A DNA stretch of 64,000 bases, from IMG/VR virus record IMGVR_UViG_3300047310_000715. One strand, written 5' to 3'. Source of the stretch: a virus. The notes under the pieces are model-generated. The model was not told the origin of the DNA, did no database searches, and was given only the letters and a program-made list of their open reading frames with translations. The translations under genes and the position numbers were made by a program. Below are positions 8,768 through 17,935 of the stretch, piece after piece (positions within the stretch are counted from its first letter, which is position 1; each line of letters opens with the position of its first letter).

Positions 8768-9129
8768 CGTACCCAACCGTAAAGCTCGTCTTACCGGAAG
8801 TGATGACGGGCCGCATCATCGTGACGGGACCCCGAGAGTATTGTCGGGAAGAAGTCCTACGCCCCTACTTGGTATTCGCGGTCCTACTTGAGCTGACGCT
8901 TCGCGAGTTCCCGGGGTTCTGGTTTCGCGGGACTGACGAGTGGGTCCCGTACTACGAGCACGCGCTCGAAGCGTCCCGGATTAGGGTCGCGCTCGCGAGG
9001 CAGCGCGAAGCAGTGCTAGCCGAGAATGCCCCGACGCTTCTGACCGAACACGCCCGCGCTCGTCGGTACGTCGACCAGCTCCGGCACGACGAGCGGGTCG
9101 CGATGCTGGTCGGGATGGACGCGTCATGA
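8764..9129 (+). CDS. Hypothetical protein
   Basis: Overlapping start/stop at both ends. Confidence 0.6.
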   Translation: MTYPTVKLVLPEVMTGRIIVTGPREYCREEVLRPYLVFAVLLELTLREFPGFWFRGTDEWVPYYEHALEASRIRVALARQREAVLAENAPTLLTEHARARRYVDQLRHDERVAMLVGMDAS

Positions 9130-9347
9130 GTGCCATCCTGGCCGAGATGATCGCGTGCGAGCTCGCCCCCTCGCATCCGGTCACCGAGATCGTACCGGTC
9201 GCCCGCGGTAGCGCGGTCGCGTGCGGGTGCGGGAACCCAACCCCCGTCCTACTGACGGTCGCGACGACCCAGCACTTCGCGATCCTGTTCGGAAAGTGCC
9301 ATCGCTGCCTGCGAATCTTCTGGGCCCCCGCGGAGCGACGCTCGTGA
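9126..9347 (+). CDS. Small putative zinc-binding protein
   Basis: CGCG..CHRC; overlapping start/stop. Confidence 0.6.
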   Translation: MSAILAEMIACELAPSHPVTEIVPVARGSAVACGCGNPTPVLLTVATTQHFAILFGKCHRCLRIFWAPAERRS

Positions 9348-9598
9348 TCGCGTTCCGAAGTATCGCGACGTTTTGGAAGGTCGGTTGGGGACCGCGGAAC
9401 GCTCTCGTGTCCCCAGGTTGGCGGTGCGTCGGGTGGGAGTTGTGGTGGCGGCACGTCGGGTGGGGGTTATGGTGGTTCAGCCGCAGAAGCGAAACCTACT
9501 TCTACGAGATGACCGCACGAAACGTCTATCTGACGCGACTACCGGACGAAACGGACGCCGAACTTCGGGTCGGGATTCGGAAGCAGTACGAACAATGA
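9344..9598 (+). CDS. Trp-rich hypothetical protein
   Basis: GTGA/ATGA overlaps. Confidence 0.55.
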   Translation: MIAFRSIATFWKVGWGPRNALVSPGWRCVGWELWWRHVGWGLWWFSRRSETYFYEMTARNVYLTRLPDETDAELRVGIRKQYEQ

Positions 9599-9942
9599 GT
9601 CAACTTCGACAAGAGGACGCGGCGCTCGCGTACCTGATCGATCGCGCGCACCAGTACAGCCCGTCGAGTGGCCTCCACGGGGCGCTGCTCGAGATCGCGG
9701 GCGACGTCGCCCGGGGCCAGCACATGGACGCGTTCCTTCACGGGGAACTCGACGACCTCGCGGACCAGATCGAACAGCTGAAGGGGGCGCGGCAGCTTGA
9801 GAGCGGGATCTGCCCGAAGTGCGCCGGCGACGGCGAGGTCGAGGGGCCGAGCCGTTACCCGGACGACTCCGGGATCGTGCTGTGCCGGGACTGCGACGGA
9901 AGCGGGAAACGGAAGCAGCGCCATCTCAGGCGGGTAAAGTGA
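9595..9942 (+). CDS. Protein with DnaJ-type zinc finger (CxxCxGxG x2)
   Basis: CPKCAGDG and CRDCDGSG. Confidence 0.7.
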   Translation: MSQLRQEDAALAYLIDRAHQYSPSSGLHGALLEIAGDVARGQHMDAFLHGELDDLADQIEQLKGARQLESGICPKCAGDGEVEGPSRYPDDSGIVLCRDCDGSGKRKQRHLRRVK

Positions 9943-9946
9943 GGTC

Positions 9947-10144
9947 GTGATGGGTGAGGAAGAACGAGAACGGATCATTAAGATTGCGGAGAAGCTTTAC
10001 GGACGGTGGCAGGAACAACTTCTGCGAGTTGGCCTTTCGTTCCGTGAGTTCGATGCGCTGACGAACGACGAGAAGGATAAGTGGTTCAGCGATGCGCGGT
10101 TCGCGATCAAAACAGTCGAGGCGCATCCGCCGGTGCATCGATGA
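9947..10144 (+). CDS. Hypothetical protein
   Basis: Fills gap; ATGA overlap downstream. Confidence 0.55.
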   Translation: MMGEEERERIIKIAEKLYGRWQEQLLRVGLSFREFDALTNDEKDKWFSDARFAIKTVEAHPPVHR

Positions 10145-10662
10145 AGTCGGTCGAACTCGTTAGGCGGGAACTCGAGGCGTTCTGCGAGCTCGCGATCCGG
10201 CGGGGGTGGAGGCTCAAAGCCGGTGGTCTCTTTCACGCGGAAAAAAAGACCTGCTGTCCGTTTGGAGCCGCGGATATCGTACTCGACCCCAACTCATTTT
10301 TCTGCGGAAAGTGCCATCATTCGGTTTGTCCTGACGACCGCGCCCGTCGCGGGGTTAAGGTCGGGTTCGATGGCGTTTTGAACCCGAGGAGTTTACAGAT
10401 CGACGATTGGTATCGACTCGGTCAGTGGTTCCGCGAGCGCTACTTCGTCGGGAACCCGGCCGTCATCGAGGTCGCGTGGGAACCCGAGCTCCATTACTAC
10501 GTCGACCTCGCCGCGACCGACAAGCGCGGGGTCTGGCGGGTCTTCGACACGACGCTCGAGAAGGCGCTCGACGGCGCTCACCGACTCCTCGGCACCGCGC
10601 CGCGCGGCGCGGTGGAGGGCAAGCTTCGGATAAAGTCCGACCAAGGTTGGGTATCGAGATGA
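10141..10662 (+). CDS. Hypothetical protein
   Basis: ATGA overlaps at both ends. Confidence 0.65.
   Translation: MKSVELVRRELEAFCELAIRRGWRLKAGGLFHAEKKTCCPFGAADIVLDPNSFFCGKCHHSVCPDDRARRGVKVGFDGVLNPRSLQIDDWYRLGQWFRERYFVGNPAVIEVAWEPELHYYVDLAATDKRGVWRVFDTTLEKALDGAHRLLGTAPRGAVEGKLRIKSDQGWVSR
10594..10613. repeat. 20-bp palindrome copy 3 (in ORF)
   Basis: Exact match. Confidence 0.95.
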
Positions 10663-10859
10663 AGGACGGGACCGGGCGCCGGAACGGCTGCTACTTCTGC
10701 GACGCACTTGTCGATCTGAAGGTGCCGATCTCGACCAACGGGATCCCGGCCACGATCCCGTCGTGCCGACCCTGCGCGGACCGAGCGGTCCGGCACCGTG
10801 AACACCTCGAGATCCGAGCCTGTCAGGATCGTCGGATCGTCCTAAAGGTGTCGCGGTAA
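10659..10859 (+). CDS. Small CxxC..CxxC protein
   Basis: CYFC and CRPC; TAATG coupling. Confidence 0.6.
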   Translation: MKDGTGRRNGCYFCDALVDLKVPISTNGIPATIPSCRPCADRAVRHREHLEIRACQDRRIVLKVSR

Positions 10860-11065
10860 TGCCGCACAGCAGAGGGTTCGGACAGCATCGCCATGAGGTA
10901 GAGGCAGCGTTCCGGCGATTCGAGGAAGTGGGGGCCGACGGCCTGACGGAGCAGGAGTGGGTCTGGATCGAGCTCCGGTATCGCGAGACAGACGCTCGGT
11001 GGAACGAACAAGACATGCGCCGCCACGGGAAGATCCGGGATGGGCTCGATCGGTTACGGCTATGA
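10859..11065 (+). CDS. Hypothetical protein
   Basis: Coupled at both ends. Confidence 0.6.
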   Translation: MPHSRGFGQHRHEVEAAFRRFEEVGADGLTEQEWVWIELRYRETDARWNEQDMRRHGKIRDGLDRLRL

Positions 11066-11466
11066 CGACGGCAGCGCTCGCGATCGTGACGGACGTCCGG
11101 CATCCCGGCCGTATCTTGTGCGTCTGGAACCGAACCTACGGGACGTTCGGCCTACCGGGTGGGAAGGTCGAGCCAGGGGAGGCCGAACAGACCGCCGTTG
11201 CGCGTGAGCTCTACGAGGAAACGGGAGCGAACCCGGTTCTGAGCACCCAGGTTGTGCGGGCGTTAGGTCGCCTTGAGTCGGCGAGTCTTTACGTGTGGTA
11301 CTTTCGTGTCTATGGGCTCGATCGTGAACCCGACGGTGGACTCGAGGGAACGAGCTTCGCGTGGCTACGGCCGTCTGAGCTCGTCGCGACATCGGGATTC
11401 TCATCCGACCTACGATATGCCTTTACGGCGCTTGGTTTGCTCGACGAGCACGGAGACACGATATGA
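11062..11466 (+). CDS. Nudix hydrolase
   Basis: Complete Nudix box G-KVEPG-E-AEQTAVA-RE-LY-EE-TG. Confidence 0.9.
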   Translation: MTTAALAIVTDVRHPGRILCVWNRTYGTFGLPGGKVEPGEAEQTAVARELYEETGANPVLSTQVVRALGRLESASLYVWYFRVYGLDREPDGGLEGTSFAWLRPSELVATSGFSSDLRYAFTALGLLDEHGDTI

Positions 11467-11663
11467 GGCCGACACGTCACTGGCCGGGAGGACGGTTCCT
11501 CTACGGGTTCTTCGCCGGCGCCGCGGTATCGGGTCCCGGTATCTTCCGCGAGGGGGCAGGGCGCGAGTGGGCCCTGACCGCGATGGCCGCGATCGTCGGG
11601 TACGGGCTTATGGTCGTGCTCGGGACCTTCACCCGTCATCCGTTCCGACAGGGCGATGAATGA
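11463..11663 (+). CDS. Small two-TM membrane protein
   Basis: Two hydrophobic segments; ATGA overlaps. Confidence 0.55.
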   Translation: MRPTRHWPGGRFLYGFFAGAAVSGPGIFREGAGREWALTAMAAIVGYGLMVVLGTFTRHPFRQGDE

Positions 11664-11845
11664 TGTGGCGGATACGAGGTTGGTGCCGAGATTGCTGCGG
11701 GGAAGACTTCCAGGGTTGCTTCGACGGTAGTACTATCGTGCTTGATGGTCGCTACGCATCGAAGGAATTAGCGGAGGATGCTGCCATCGCTTGGGTAGAT
11801 CGCTCCCCATACGAGTTCGAACTTTTTGAAGAACCCGACGAGTAG
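11660..11845 (+). CDS. Hypothetical protein
   Basis: WCRDCC..GCF; overlapped start. Confidence 0.55.
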   Translation: MMWRIRGWCRDCCGEDFQGCFDGSTIVLDGRYASKELAEDAAIAWVDRSPYEFELFEEPDE

Positions 11846-11860
11846 GCGTCATCGGACCCC

Positions 11861-12094
11861 ATGAGTGACGAAGTCAAAACGAAGGGCTTTGCGGTCGTAG
11901 CGCTCGAGATCGAGGTCGACTTCGAACAGCCCTGGTCGGGCGATGAGAAGATGAGCGAGGTCTATCGGGTCGCGGCACGAGAAGTAGTCGACAAGCTCCA
12001 CGGGATGGCGGACGCCTTCGCGCGACAGGGCATTAGGCTCCGGATTACGTCGGCCCCTAAGGTTCGTTCTGTCATCGTCCCGGAAAAGACGTAG
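11861..12094 (+). CDS. Hypothetical protein
   Basis: TAGTG coupling to next gene. Confidence 0.6.
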   Translation: MSDEVKTKGFAVVALEIEVDFEQPWSGDEKMSEVYRVAAREVVDKLHGMADAFARQGIRLRITSAPKVRSVIVPEKT

Positions 12095-12348
12095 TGATCT
12101 TCGATCTCGGCCCCGGGTACCGGGAGCGCGTCCAACCCGACCTCGTCGAGGTCTTTCCGATCGTCGACGTCCGGGAGACCGATCACAACTGGAATCTCTA
12201 CGCGGGCCCGACCGCTGGCTTCGTCACTCCGTGCGCGTTCACGGACCCGGCGTGTCGGCTCTGCCAGCTCCGGTGCTGCGTCCGGCGTGTCATCCGACAT
12301 CCCGACGGCGCGAAACTGGTTGTCGTCCACGGGACCTACGGGGCGTAG
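12094..12348 (+). CDS. Hypothetical protein
   Basis: GTG overlapping upstream TAG; CRLC..CC. Confidence 0.5.
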   Translation: MIFDLGPGYRERVQPDLVEVFPIVDVRETDHNWNLYAGPTAGFVTPCAFTDPACRLCQLRCCVRRVIRHPDGAKLVVVHGTYGA

Positions 12349-12384
12349 CGCGTTATCTTCCTGGCGTGCTCGGGGAACGAGTCG

Positions 12385-12558
12385 ATGGACGAAGCTAACG
12401 TCATCTGCCACGAAACGCAGGAGATGCCGGAGGACCCGGCTCGCCTCGCCCCGAGTGCCCTACCGGTGCTCGCGATCGAGGACCAGTACGATCGCGCGAT
12501 CGTCGACAACGCCGGATGGGTGTACGTGCGGAAGTTAGCTTTCTGGTTCGGTGCCTAG
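12385..12558 (+). CDS. Small hypothetical protein (57 aa, not in ORF track)
   Basis: ATG 12385 after GGGGA; MDEANVICHE..LAFWFGA; fills gap. Confidence 0.45.
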   Translation: MDEANVICHETQEMPEDPARLAPSALPVLAIEDQYDRAIVDNAGWVYVRKLAFWFGA

Positions 12559-12599
12559 GCGCCATCCAGTAGCGTTCCCGGGGCGGGATCGTTGGACGA

Positions 12600-12848
12600 A
12601 TGGAAGTCGCCCGCCCCAAAGCAGGAGACGCCGGACTCGAAGGCGCCGCAGCGCCAGAGACGGTTCCGGCACGATCTGTTCAGCCCCGGGAACACTTCAG
12701 AGGAGACGACATCGTGATCCCGTTTTGGCTCGTGCTCGCGTTGCTCGTTCGCCGCGTCTATCAGGAACCCGACCACCGGATCCTCGCGTGGCCACCCCAG
12801 TACCGCTGGTACGACCGGATCGTTCACCGGTTGTTCTTCGAGGTCTAG
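12600..12848 (+). CDS. Single-TM hypothetical protein
   Basis: IVIPFWLVLALLV hydrophobic segment. Confidence 0.5.
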   Translation: MEVARPKAGDAGLEGAAAPETVPARSVQPREHFRGDDIVIPFWLVLALLVRRVYQEPDHRILAWPPQYRWYDRIVHRLFFEV

Positions 12849-12892
12849 ACAAGACCGCGCCATCCCGAAACATGATGCCGGAGGCTTTCAGG

Positions 12893-13114
12893 ATGGTGTT
12901 CAAGACGCGCAGCGGCTCCGTGTACGAGCTCGACGAAGCAGGGAAACGGTTCCGGTGGCTCGCCGGTGACGATTCACGGGCGGCCCGCTACAGCGAGTGG
13001 ACTACCTATTCGGAGGCGTCCGAGGTCAGGGTCGGACAGAAGGTCACGATCTTCTTCCCGGGCGAAGCCGGGCGGTTCGTCATGACGACCCCGGTCGTCA
13101 GCCTCGGGAACTAG
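12893..13114 (+). CDS. Hypothetical protein
   Basis: GGAGG at 12880, ATG 12893; FKTRSGSVYELD. Confidence 0.65.
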   Translation: MVFKTRSGSVYELDEAGKRFRWLAGDDSRAARYSEWTTYSEASEVRVGQKVTIFFPGEAGRFVMTTPVVSLGN

Positions 13115-13204
13115 GACCCCGAACGGGATGCCGGATCGCCTAAGTTACCGAATCGAGAACGGGCGGAAGCCCGAACGTGGGCAGACGCTCCCGATCGGGG
13201 TCCC

Positions 13205-13348
13205 GTGAGGCATCTCCGGGAGGCGTTCGACATCCTCGGGTTCTCGCCCGAGCAGGAGAAGGCGCTCTCGATCTTCCTCCTCTGCTTGGTCGTCGTGTTC
13301 ATGTGGTACTGGGACGAGCAGGACGAACCGGAAGGGCCGAACGCGTGA
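13205..13348 (+). CDS. Small single-TM protein (47 aa, not in ORF track)
   Basis: GTG 13205; LSIFLLCLVVVFMWYW; GTGA overlap with next gene. Confidence 0.5.
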   Translation: MRHLREAFDILGFSPEQEKALSIFLLCLVVVFMWYWDEQDEPEGPNA

Positions 13349-13968
13349 AGGAACAACCGATCAATAGGCTGACGTGTCGGGTCTGCGGAAAAGAGTTCCT
13401 CGCGAACCGAACCCCTTTTTGCTCGAAGCGGTGTCGGTCCCGCGACCGCTACGAGAGGGAGCGGGCGGCGCTCGGCTGTGAGGTCCGGCACCGGGATGCC
13501 CCGGGGGCGCCGCCGAGACACCGGAAGCCTCCGCCGCCGATCGTTCGCGCACCGGCTGCTCCGACGGCCCAGGAGACACTAGTGGCCCTCCGGGAGGGCC
13601 TCATCGCGTCCGCCAACTCACCGCGCCGCGCGGCGCGGTGGACCCCCGAGCACGAGAACGCGCTCCGGCGGGCCCAGGGACGCCCCGAGCTCCCGCTGCC
13701 GCCCCGGAAGCTCATCAATGGACGCCGGATCCCTCAGAAGCCCGGGATGGGGCCGGGGTCGAACTACTTCGTCCAAAAGGGGCGGGATAAGAACCTGACG
13801 GCCATGACCCACCAGGAGCTCGACCGGTACGAGCGCGAGCACGCCGCGCGGGCCGGGATCCGACACGTCCAGTACCGGGGTCGAGTGGTCCCCCAGGATC
13901 CCCACGGCAACCAGCTCACCAGTACGCTCTCGGGATCTGTCGGGCTCGCGCACGGGCGCCATCGCTGA
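13345..13968 (+). CDS. Zinc-finger (CRVCG..FCSKRC) protein with basic tail
   Basis: GTG 13345; CxxC..CxxxC motif. Confidence 0.6.
   Translation: MKEQPINRLTCRVCGKEFLANRTPFCSKRCRSRDRYERERAALGCEVRHRDAPGAPPRHRKPPPPIVRAPAAPTAQETLVALREGLIASANSPRRAARWTPEHENALRRAQGRPELPLPPRKLINGRRIPQKPGMGPGSNYFVQKGRDKNLTAMTHQELDRYEREHAARAGIRHVQYRGRVVPQDPHGNQLTSTLSGSVGLAHGRHR
13620..13639. repeat. 20-bp palindrome copy 4 (in ORF)
   Basis: Exact match. Confidence 0.95.
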
Positions 13969-13971
13969 CCC

Positions 13972-14244
13972 ATGCGGAAAGACCTACCGGATCTTCTGAA
14001 CGGACTCTTCGAGGCCGGAGGCGCCCTGATGGCGTGGCGGAACGCGCTCCAGCTCCGGCGGGACCGTGCGATCAAAGGCGTCTACTGGCCGATCTACTTC
14101 TTCTACACGGGCTGGGGGTTCTGGAATCTTCTCTACTACCCGGCGCTCGGGCAGTGGTTTAGCTTCGGGGCCGGCGCCGTCCTGGCGCTCGGGAACCTCG
14201 CGTGGATCTGGCAGGCGACGCTTCTGTGGAGACGAGAACGATGA
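13972..14244 (+). CDS. PQ-loop / SemiSWEET-like three-TM protein
   Basis: Three hydrophobic segments; NALQLRRDRAIKGVYW loop resembles the PQ-loop signature. Confidence 0.55.
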   Translation: MRKDLPDLLNGLFEAGGALMAWRNALQLRRDRAIKGVYWPIYFFYTGWGFWNLLYYPALGQWFSFGAGAVLALGNLAWIWQATLLWRRER

Positions 14245-14543
14245 CGATCGACGAGTTCACCGAACGGAAGCAGCTTTACGTGTTCGAGCTCGCGGACGAC
14301 GCGGTCGTGGCGCTCGACTACGAGGATGCGGTCGTGGTTCTGGCCGACCACCTTGGGCTCGAGCCCCAGGATATCGACCTCGAGGACGTCAGGCAGCTAC
14401 CGGACGACGAGGTCCTGAGCATCTTCGTCGTAGGGCCCGATGCCGCCATCACGGACGAATACGACTCGGACGCTACGCTCGAACTGACGGCCCGCGAGTG
14501 GGCCGTGAAGGAAGGACGAGGTCACCTATGTCGAAGAGAGTAG
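14241..14543 (+). CDS. Acidic hypothetical protein
   Basis: ATGA overlap. Confidence 0.65.
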   Translation: MTIDEFTERKQLYVFELADDAVVALDYEDAVVVLADHLGLEPQDIDLEDVRQLPDDEVLSIFVVGPDAAITDEYDSDATLELTAREWAVKEGRGHLCRRE

Positions 14544-15037
14544 TTCCATCGCTCGTTCACGTAACGAGCGAATACCACACGCTACTTCACGCGATCCGCC
14601 AAGCGGTTCCGGAATCCGAGCATCCCGCGAGCGGTACCGCCGACGATTGGGCCTTCCAGATCCGGGCCCTCGGGGAAGACCGACTGGCCTGCTACGCGCA
14701 ACGCGATCGCGCCCGGATCGAACTCGAGGTCGAGCGCCGGAAGGTCGCGGACCTTATACGGCAGAACGAGATCCTCACGGGACGTTACGAGGCGCTGTGG
14801 CAGGCGGCTCAAGAGAAGCGTGGGCTCTGTGCGGGTTGTCGGGACCGCGACAACCTACTTCGGAACGAGAACGAGAATTACCGGCACGCGTCCGACGATA
14901 CCCTCGATCTCAAGCGGGAGCTCCTTGAGGAGAAGCAGAAGACCGCCAGGATCGCGACCCGCCTTACCGGGTTCCTCTCGCGATTCCGCGACTTCGAGGC
15001 AGCGGTCCGGCAGGACGAGCGTCATCAGGGCGAGTAG
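14528..15037 (+). CDS. Coiled-coil hypothetical protein
   Basis: ATG 14528; heptad-rich; CAGC. Confidence 0.6.
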   Translation: MSKRVVPSLVHVTSEYHTLLHAIRQAVPESEHPASGTADDWAFQIRALGEDRLACYAQRDRARIELEVERRKVADLIRQNEILTGRYEALWQAAQEKRGLCAGCRDRDNLLRNENENYRHASDDTLDLKRELLEEKQKTARIATRLTGFLSRFRDFEAAVRQDERHQGE

Positions 15038-15217
15038 GCCCGGAACCCCCCGAGGGGCAGGTCACCAAACCGGCCTAGCGCGTATCGCCGACGGGCCCGG
15101 CTAGACCGGCCGCCAAGAGGGAAGTCCCGTAGGAAGCCGTTTAGGCGGCCTCGCGGAGGCAGCGGGCCTCGTGCTGCTCGATTGGATGCGGCGCGGCGTG
15201 TAGGCGCGGGTGGATGT

Positions 15218-15263
15218 CGAATTGTCTAGACACGATGTCTAGACACGATAGAGTCTACTCATG
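15218..15263 (+). promoter_or_regulatory. Promoter/operator cassette 1 (leaderless)
   Basis: Boxes 15223-32 and 15236-45; TAGACA-N16-TAGAGT-N6-ATG(15261). Confidence 0.8.
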
Positions 15264-15521
15264 AGCAACGCAACCGATAACCGAATCAAGGTTCTTGAGG
15301 GTTACTACGCGGAGATCGATGTCGCGATCGCGCTCCAGGAGCGGGTCCTCGACACCTACGGTGGGATGCTCTCGTACTGTTCCGACGGCGAAGGCTCGGA
15401 CGGTATCGTCGCGGGACTCGATCGGGCCGAAGGCGAGATCGCCCAGCTCGTCGCCCAGCTCGTTCGGGACCGCGCCGAGATCGACCGACTGTGGAACGAA
15501 GACGTGGAGGGACTCCGATGA
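15261..15521 (+). CDS. Hypothetical protein, first gene of cassette 1 operon
   Basis: ATG at predicted +1. Confidence 0.65.
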   Translation: MSNATDNRIKVLEGYYAEIDVAIALQERVLDTYGGMLSYCSDGEGSDGIVAGLDRAEGEIAQLVAQLVRDRAEIDRLWNEDVEGLR

Positions 15522-15697
15522 TCGATTCGAACCAGATGCGGGATCACTCGAATTGGACCGCGATCGAGGTCGCGTGGTGGGACGGGAAGGCGTGGCGACG
15601 AAAGGTCGTCCGGACCGAGAAGGCCCTCGAGCGGCTCGTCGAGAAACTAAACGAAGCGGGTGTGTCGGACATTAGGACGCGGGAGGCGGACGTATGA
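15518..15697 (+). CDS. Hypothetical protein
   Basis: GGAGG RBS; ATGA overlaps. Confidence 0.65.
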   Translation: MIDSNQMRDHSNWTAIEVAWWDGKAWRRKVVRTEKALERLVEKLNEAGVSDIRTREADV

Positions 15698-15891
15698 ACC
15701 AGAACGAGAAACCCAAGTGTGTTTTGATCGGCCAAGACGGTAACGTTTTCAATGTTGTCGGGCGTGTGAGTGCCGCTTTACGAAAGGCGGGACGCCGCGA
15801 CCTCGCGACCGAGTTCACGAGTCGAGCGCTCTCATCGTCGTCCTACGACGCGGTTCTGGCGTTGTGCTCCGAATACGTCGAGGTGTCGTGA
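15694..15891 (+). CDS. Hypothetical protein
   Basis: GGAGG RBS; KPKCVLIGQDGNVFNVVG globular motif. Confidence 0.7.
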   Translation: MNQNEKPKCVLIGQDGNVFNVVGRVSAALRKAGRRDLATEFTSRALSSSSYDAVLALCSEYVEVS

Positions 15892-16178
15892 TGAACGAGT
15901 TCGAAACCCAGGAGATGCGGAACCGAGTCTCGCTCGTCGTGCTGGCCGCGAACCGGCTCCGGGAGGTTCAGGAGGCGACGTTTGGAGAGCCAACGTGGCG
16001 TTACGGGCTCGACGAATTCGAGCTCCGGATCCAGTTCCTCGTCGACCACGTCGTATACGTGGTCCGGATCGCGGGCCTCGAGGAACGCGCCAGTTCGCCC
16101 GACGCCGCGATCGAGCAGCTTCTGCTGAGGATCTCGGCCGTGACCACGAACACGCTTTCGCTCGATCGAATCCGATAG
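15891..16178 (+). CDS. Hypothetical protein
   Basis: TGATG coupling. Confidence 0.65.
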   Translation: MNEFETQEMRNRVSLVVLAANRLREVQEATFGEPTWRYGLDEFELRIQFLVDHVVYVVRIAGLEERASSPDAAIEQLLLRISAVTTNTLSLDRIR

Positions 16179-16213
16179 AGTCAAAAAACGTTTAACGAAA
16201 GGTGGAGGCCAAG

Positions 16214-17200
16214 ATGAGTCACGAAGTTGAATCGATGTTTTACGTGGGCGAGACGCCCTGGCACGGGCTCGGGGTTCAGCTCGAGAGCGCCCCGACGACC
16301 CGCGAGGCGATCGTGGCGGCGGGTCTTGATTGGGAGGTCGGCCAGAAGGAACTCTGGACGGTTCAGAGTAATCCGGACGTGTTCGATTCGAATCTATATG
16401 CGGACCAAAAGGTCCCGGCGCTCGCCAACTACCGAACCACGGACGGCCGAATCCTCGGGGTCGTGGGGCCCGGCACGCACCCGCTCCAGAACCGCGACGC
16501 GTTCGCGTTCTTCGATCCCTTCCTCGCCTCCGGTGATGCCGTTCTCGAGACCGCGGGGTCACTCCGGGATGGCGAACGGATCTGGGCGCTCGCCCGCATC
16601 AACCGCGACCCGTCGGTCGTGGTGCCGGGCGACGAGGTCCTGAAGTACCTACTGCTCTCGAACAGCCACGACGGGAAGGTCGCGGTTAGGGTCGGGTTCA
16701 CGCCCATCCGGGTTGTATGTGCCAATACACTCGCGCTCGCGCACGGCGCCGGCGACGCGCACAAGACGCTCCTGAAGCTCCACCACACCCGGAAGGTGAA
16801 GGAAGCGGTCGTGGCGGCCCGCGACGCGATCAACCTCGCGGACCGAACCTTCGAGGCGACGGCGGAGCGGTATCGGTTCCTTGCGAGCCGACAGATCGAC
16901 CGACCGTCCCTCGAGCTGCTGGTCCGCCGGGTTCTCTCGCCGGCGCCCGGTCAAGAACTCCCGGGGGCCTCCAAGATCACGCTCCCGAAGGTCGTCCGGC
17001 TCTTCGAGCAAGGTCGCGGCAACCAACTCCCGGGAGTCGCCGGCACCTACTGGGCCGCCTACAACGCCCTGACCGAGTACCTCGCGTACGGACGCGGGAA
17101 AGACCGTTCGCGTCGTCTCGACAACCTCTGGTTCGGCAGCGCCGCGAATCAAAACGACCGTGCCCTTACGATCGCGCTCGAGATGGCGAAGGCCGCCTGA
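16214..17200 (+). CDS. DUF932 (phage/plasmid-like) protein
   Basis: MSHEVESMF..PWHGLG, ETAGSL..G, NSHDG, PIRVVCANTL, WAAYNALTEY signatures. Confidence 0.9.
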   Translation: MSHEVESMFYVGETPWHGLGVQLESAPTTREAIVAAGLDWEVGQKELWTVQSNPDVFDSNLYADQKVPALANYRTTDGRILGVVGPGTHPLQNRDAFAFFDPFLASGDAVLETAGSLRDGERIWALARINRDPSVVVPGDEVLKYLLLSNSHDGKVAVRVGFTPIRVVCANTLALAHGAGDAHKTLLKLHHTRKVKEAVVAARDAINLADRTFEATAERYRFLASRQIDRPSLELLVRRVLSPAPGQELPGASKITLPKVVRLFEQGRGNQLPGVAGTYWAAYNALTEYLAYGRGKDRSRRLDNLWFGSAANQNDRALTIALEMAKAA

Positions 17201-17400
17201 TGGAACGCTGGGACGTAAAGCGCGAGGGACAAGAGGGGTCCTTCGCGCTCACGAATCATCAGGCTGATGCGGAGTTGCTCGTGGAGCGCCTGAACCGTAC
17301 GGTCGCGAGCGCCGTTTTGTCGGCCAAGTTCTACGCGCGCCGCAGGACCGCGGTCGAGCTGCTCCGACAGATCGTAGAGATCGGCCGAGGTGGAAAGTGA
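17200..17400 (+). CDS. Hypothetical protein
   Basis: TGATG coupling. Confidence 0.6.
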   Translation: MERWDVKREGQEGSFALTNHQADAELLVERLNRTVASAVLSAKFYARRRTAVELLRQIVEIGRGGK

Positions 17401-17624
17401 AGACCCACATTCCGGTCCGGGTTCCGTTCGGCACGACGACGATCCTGACGTACTGCGGACGGGTTATGCCGGTCGTACTGTGTATCGACAGAACGCGGGA
17501 CTGCATGGAAGATGCGACCTGCCGAGCCTGCCGACGATCGGACGACCGGCGCGTGATCGAGGCGCACAACCGAGATCGCGCCGCCGCGAAGGCGGCCGGC
17601 AAACCGTTTCCGGAGGACCAGTGA
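17397..17624 (+). CDS. Small Cys/His protein
   Basis: GTGA overlaps; H..CG..C..CRAC. Confidence 0.6.
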   Translation: MKTHIPVRVPFGTTTILTYCGRVMPVVLCIDRTRDCMEDATCRACRRSDDRRVIEAHNRDRAAAKAAGKPFPEDQ

Positions 17625-17935
17625 AAGACGATTCCGACTACTCGCGAGCGCTCGCGCTCCTGATGACCGACCAGGCCCGGATCGCGCGCGAAGCCGGATA
17701 TCCGGTTGGTTGTAGTCAGGTATGCTGGTGGGGCTCGATGTGCCCGCACGGCGGTCGGCTCTTGCTCGGTCCGAACGTATACGGGCGTCCGAACCGTAGC
17801 GGCTGGGCGAAGATCACCGAGGCGTGGAAGACCGCGATTCGTTCGCGCGGCGGCGTGCTCGCGGTCGCCCACACCGAGTTTAGGGATGAAGACATCATCT
17901 ACGGGTCGACCGACCAAGAGCCAAAAGGTTCGTAA
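17621..17935 (+). CDS. Hypothetical protein
   Basis: GGAGG RBS; TAATG coupling to sigma gene. Confidence 0.6.
   Translation: MKDDSDYSRALALLMTDQARIAREAGYPVGCSQVCWWGSMCPHGGRLLLGPNVYGRPNRSGWAKITEAWKTAIRSRGGVLAVAHTEFRDEDIIYGSTDQEPKGS

Noticed and set aside
12094-12558. Amber read-through or TAG recoding joining 12094-12348 to the in-frame ORF behind it
   Set aside because: Many clear genes end in TAG (orn-like, capsid, head morphogenesis, tape measure), and ATG 12385 has its own GGGGA RBS.
15038-15217. tRNA or known ncRNA in the 180-bp gap before cassette 1
   Set aside because: Only short imperfect GC stems, as expected at this GC content; no cloverleaf or conserved loops.
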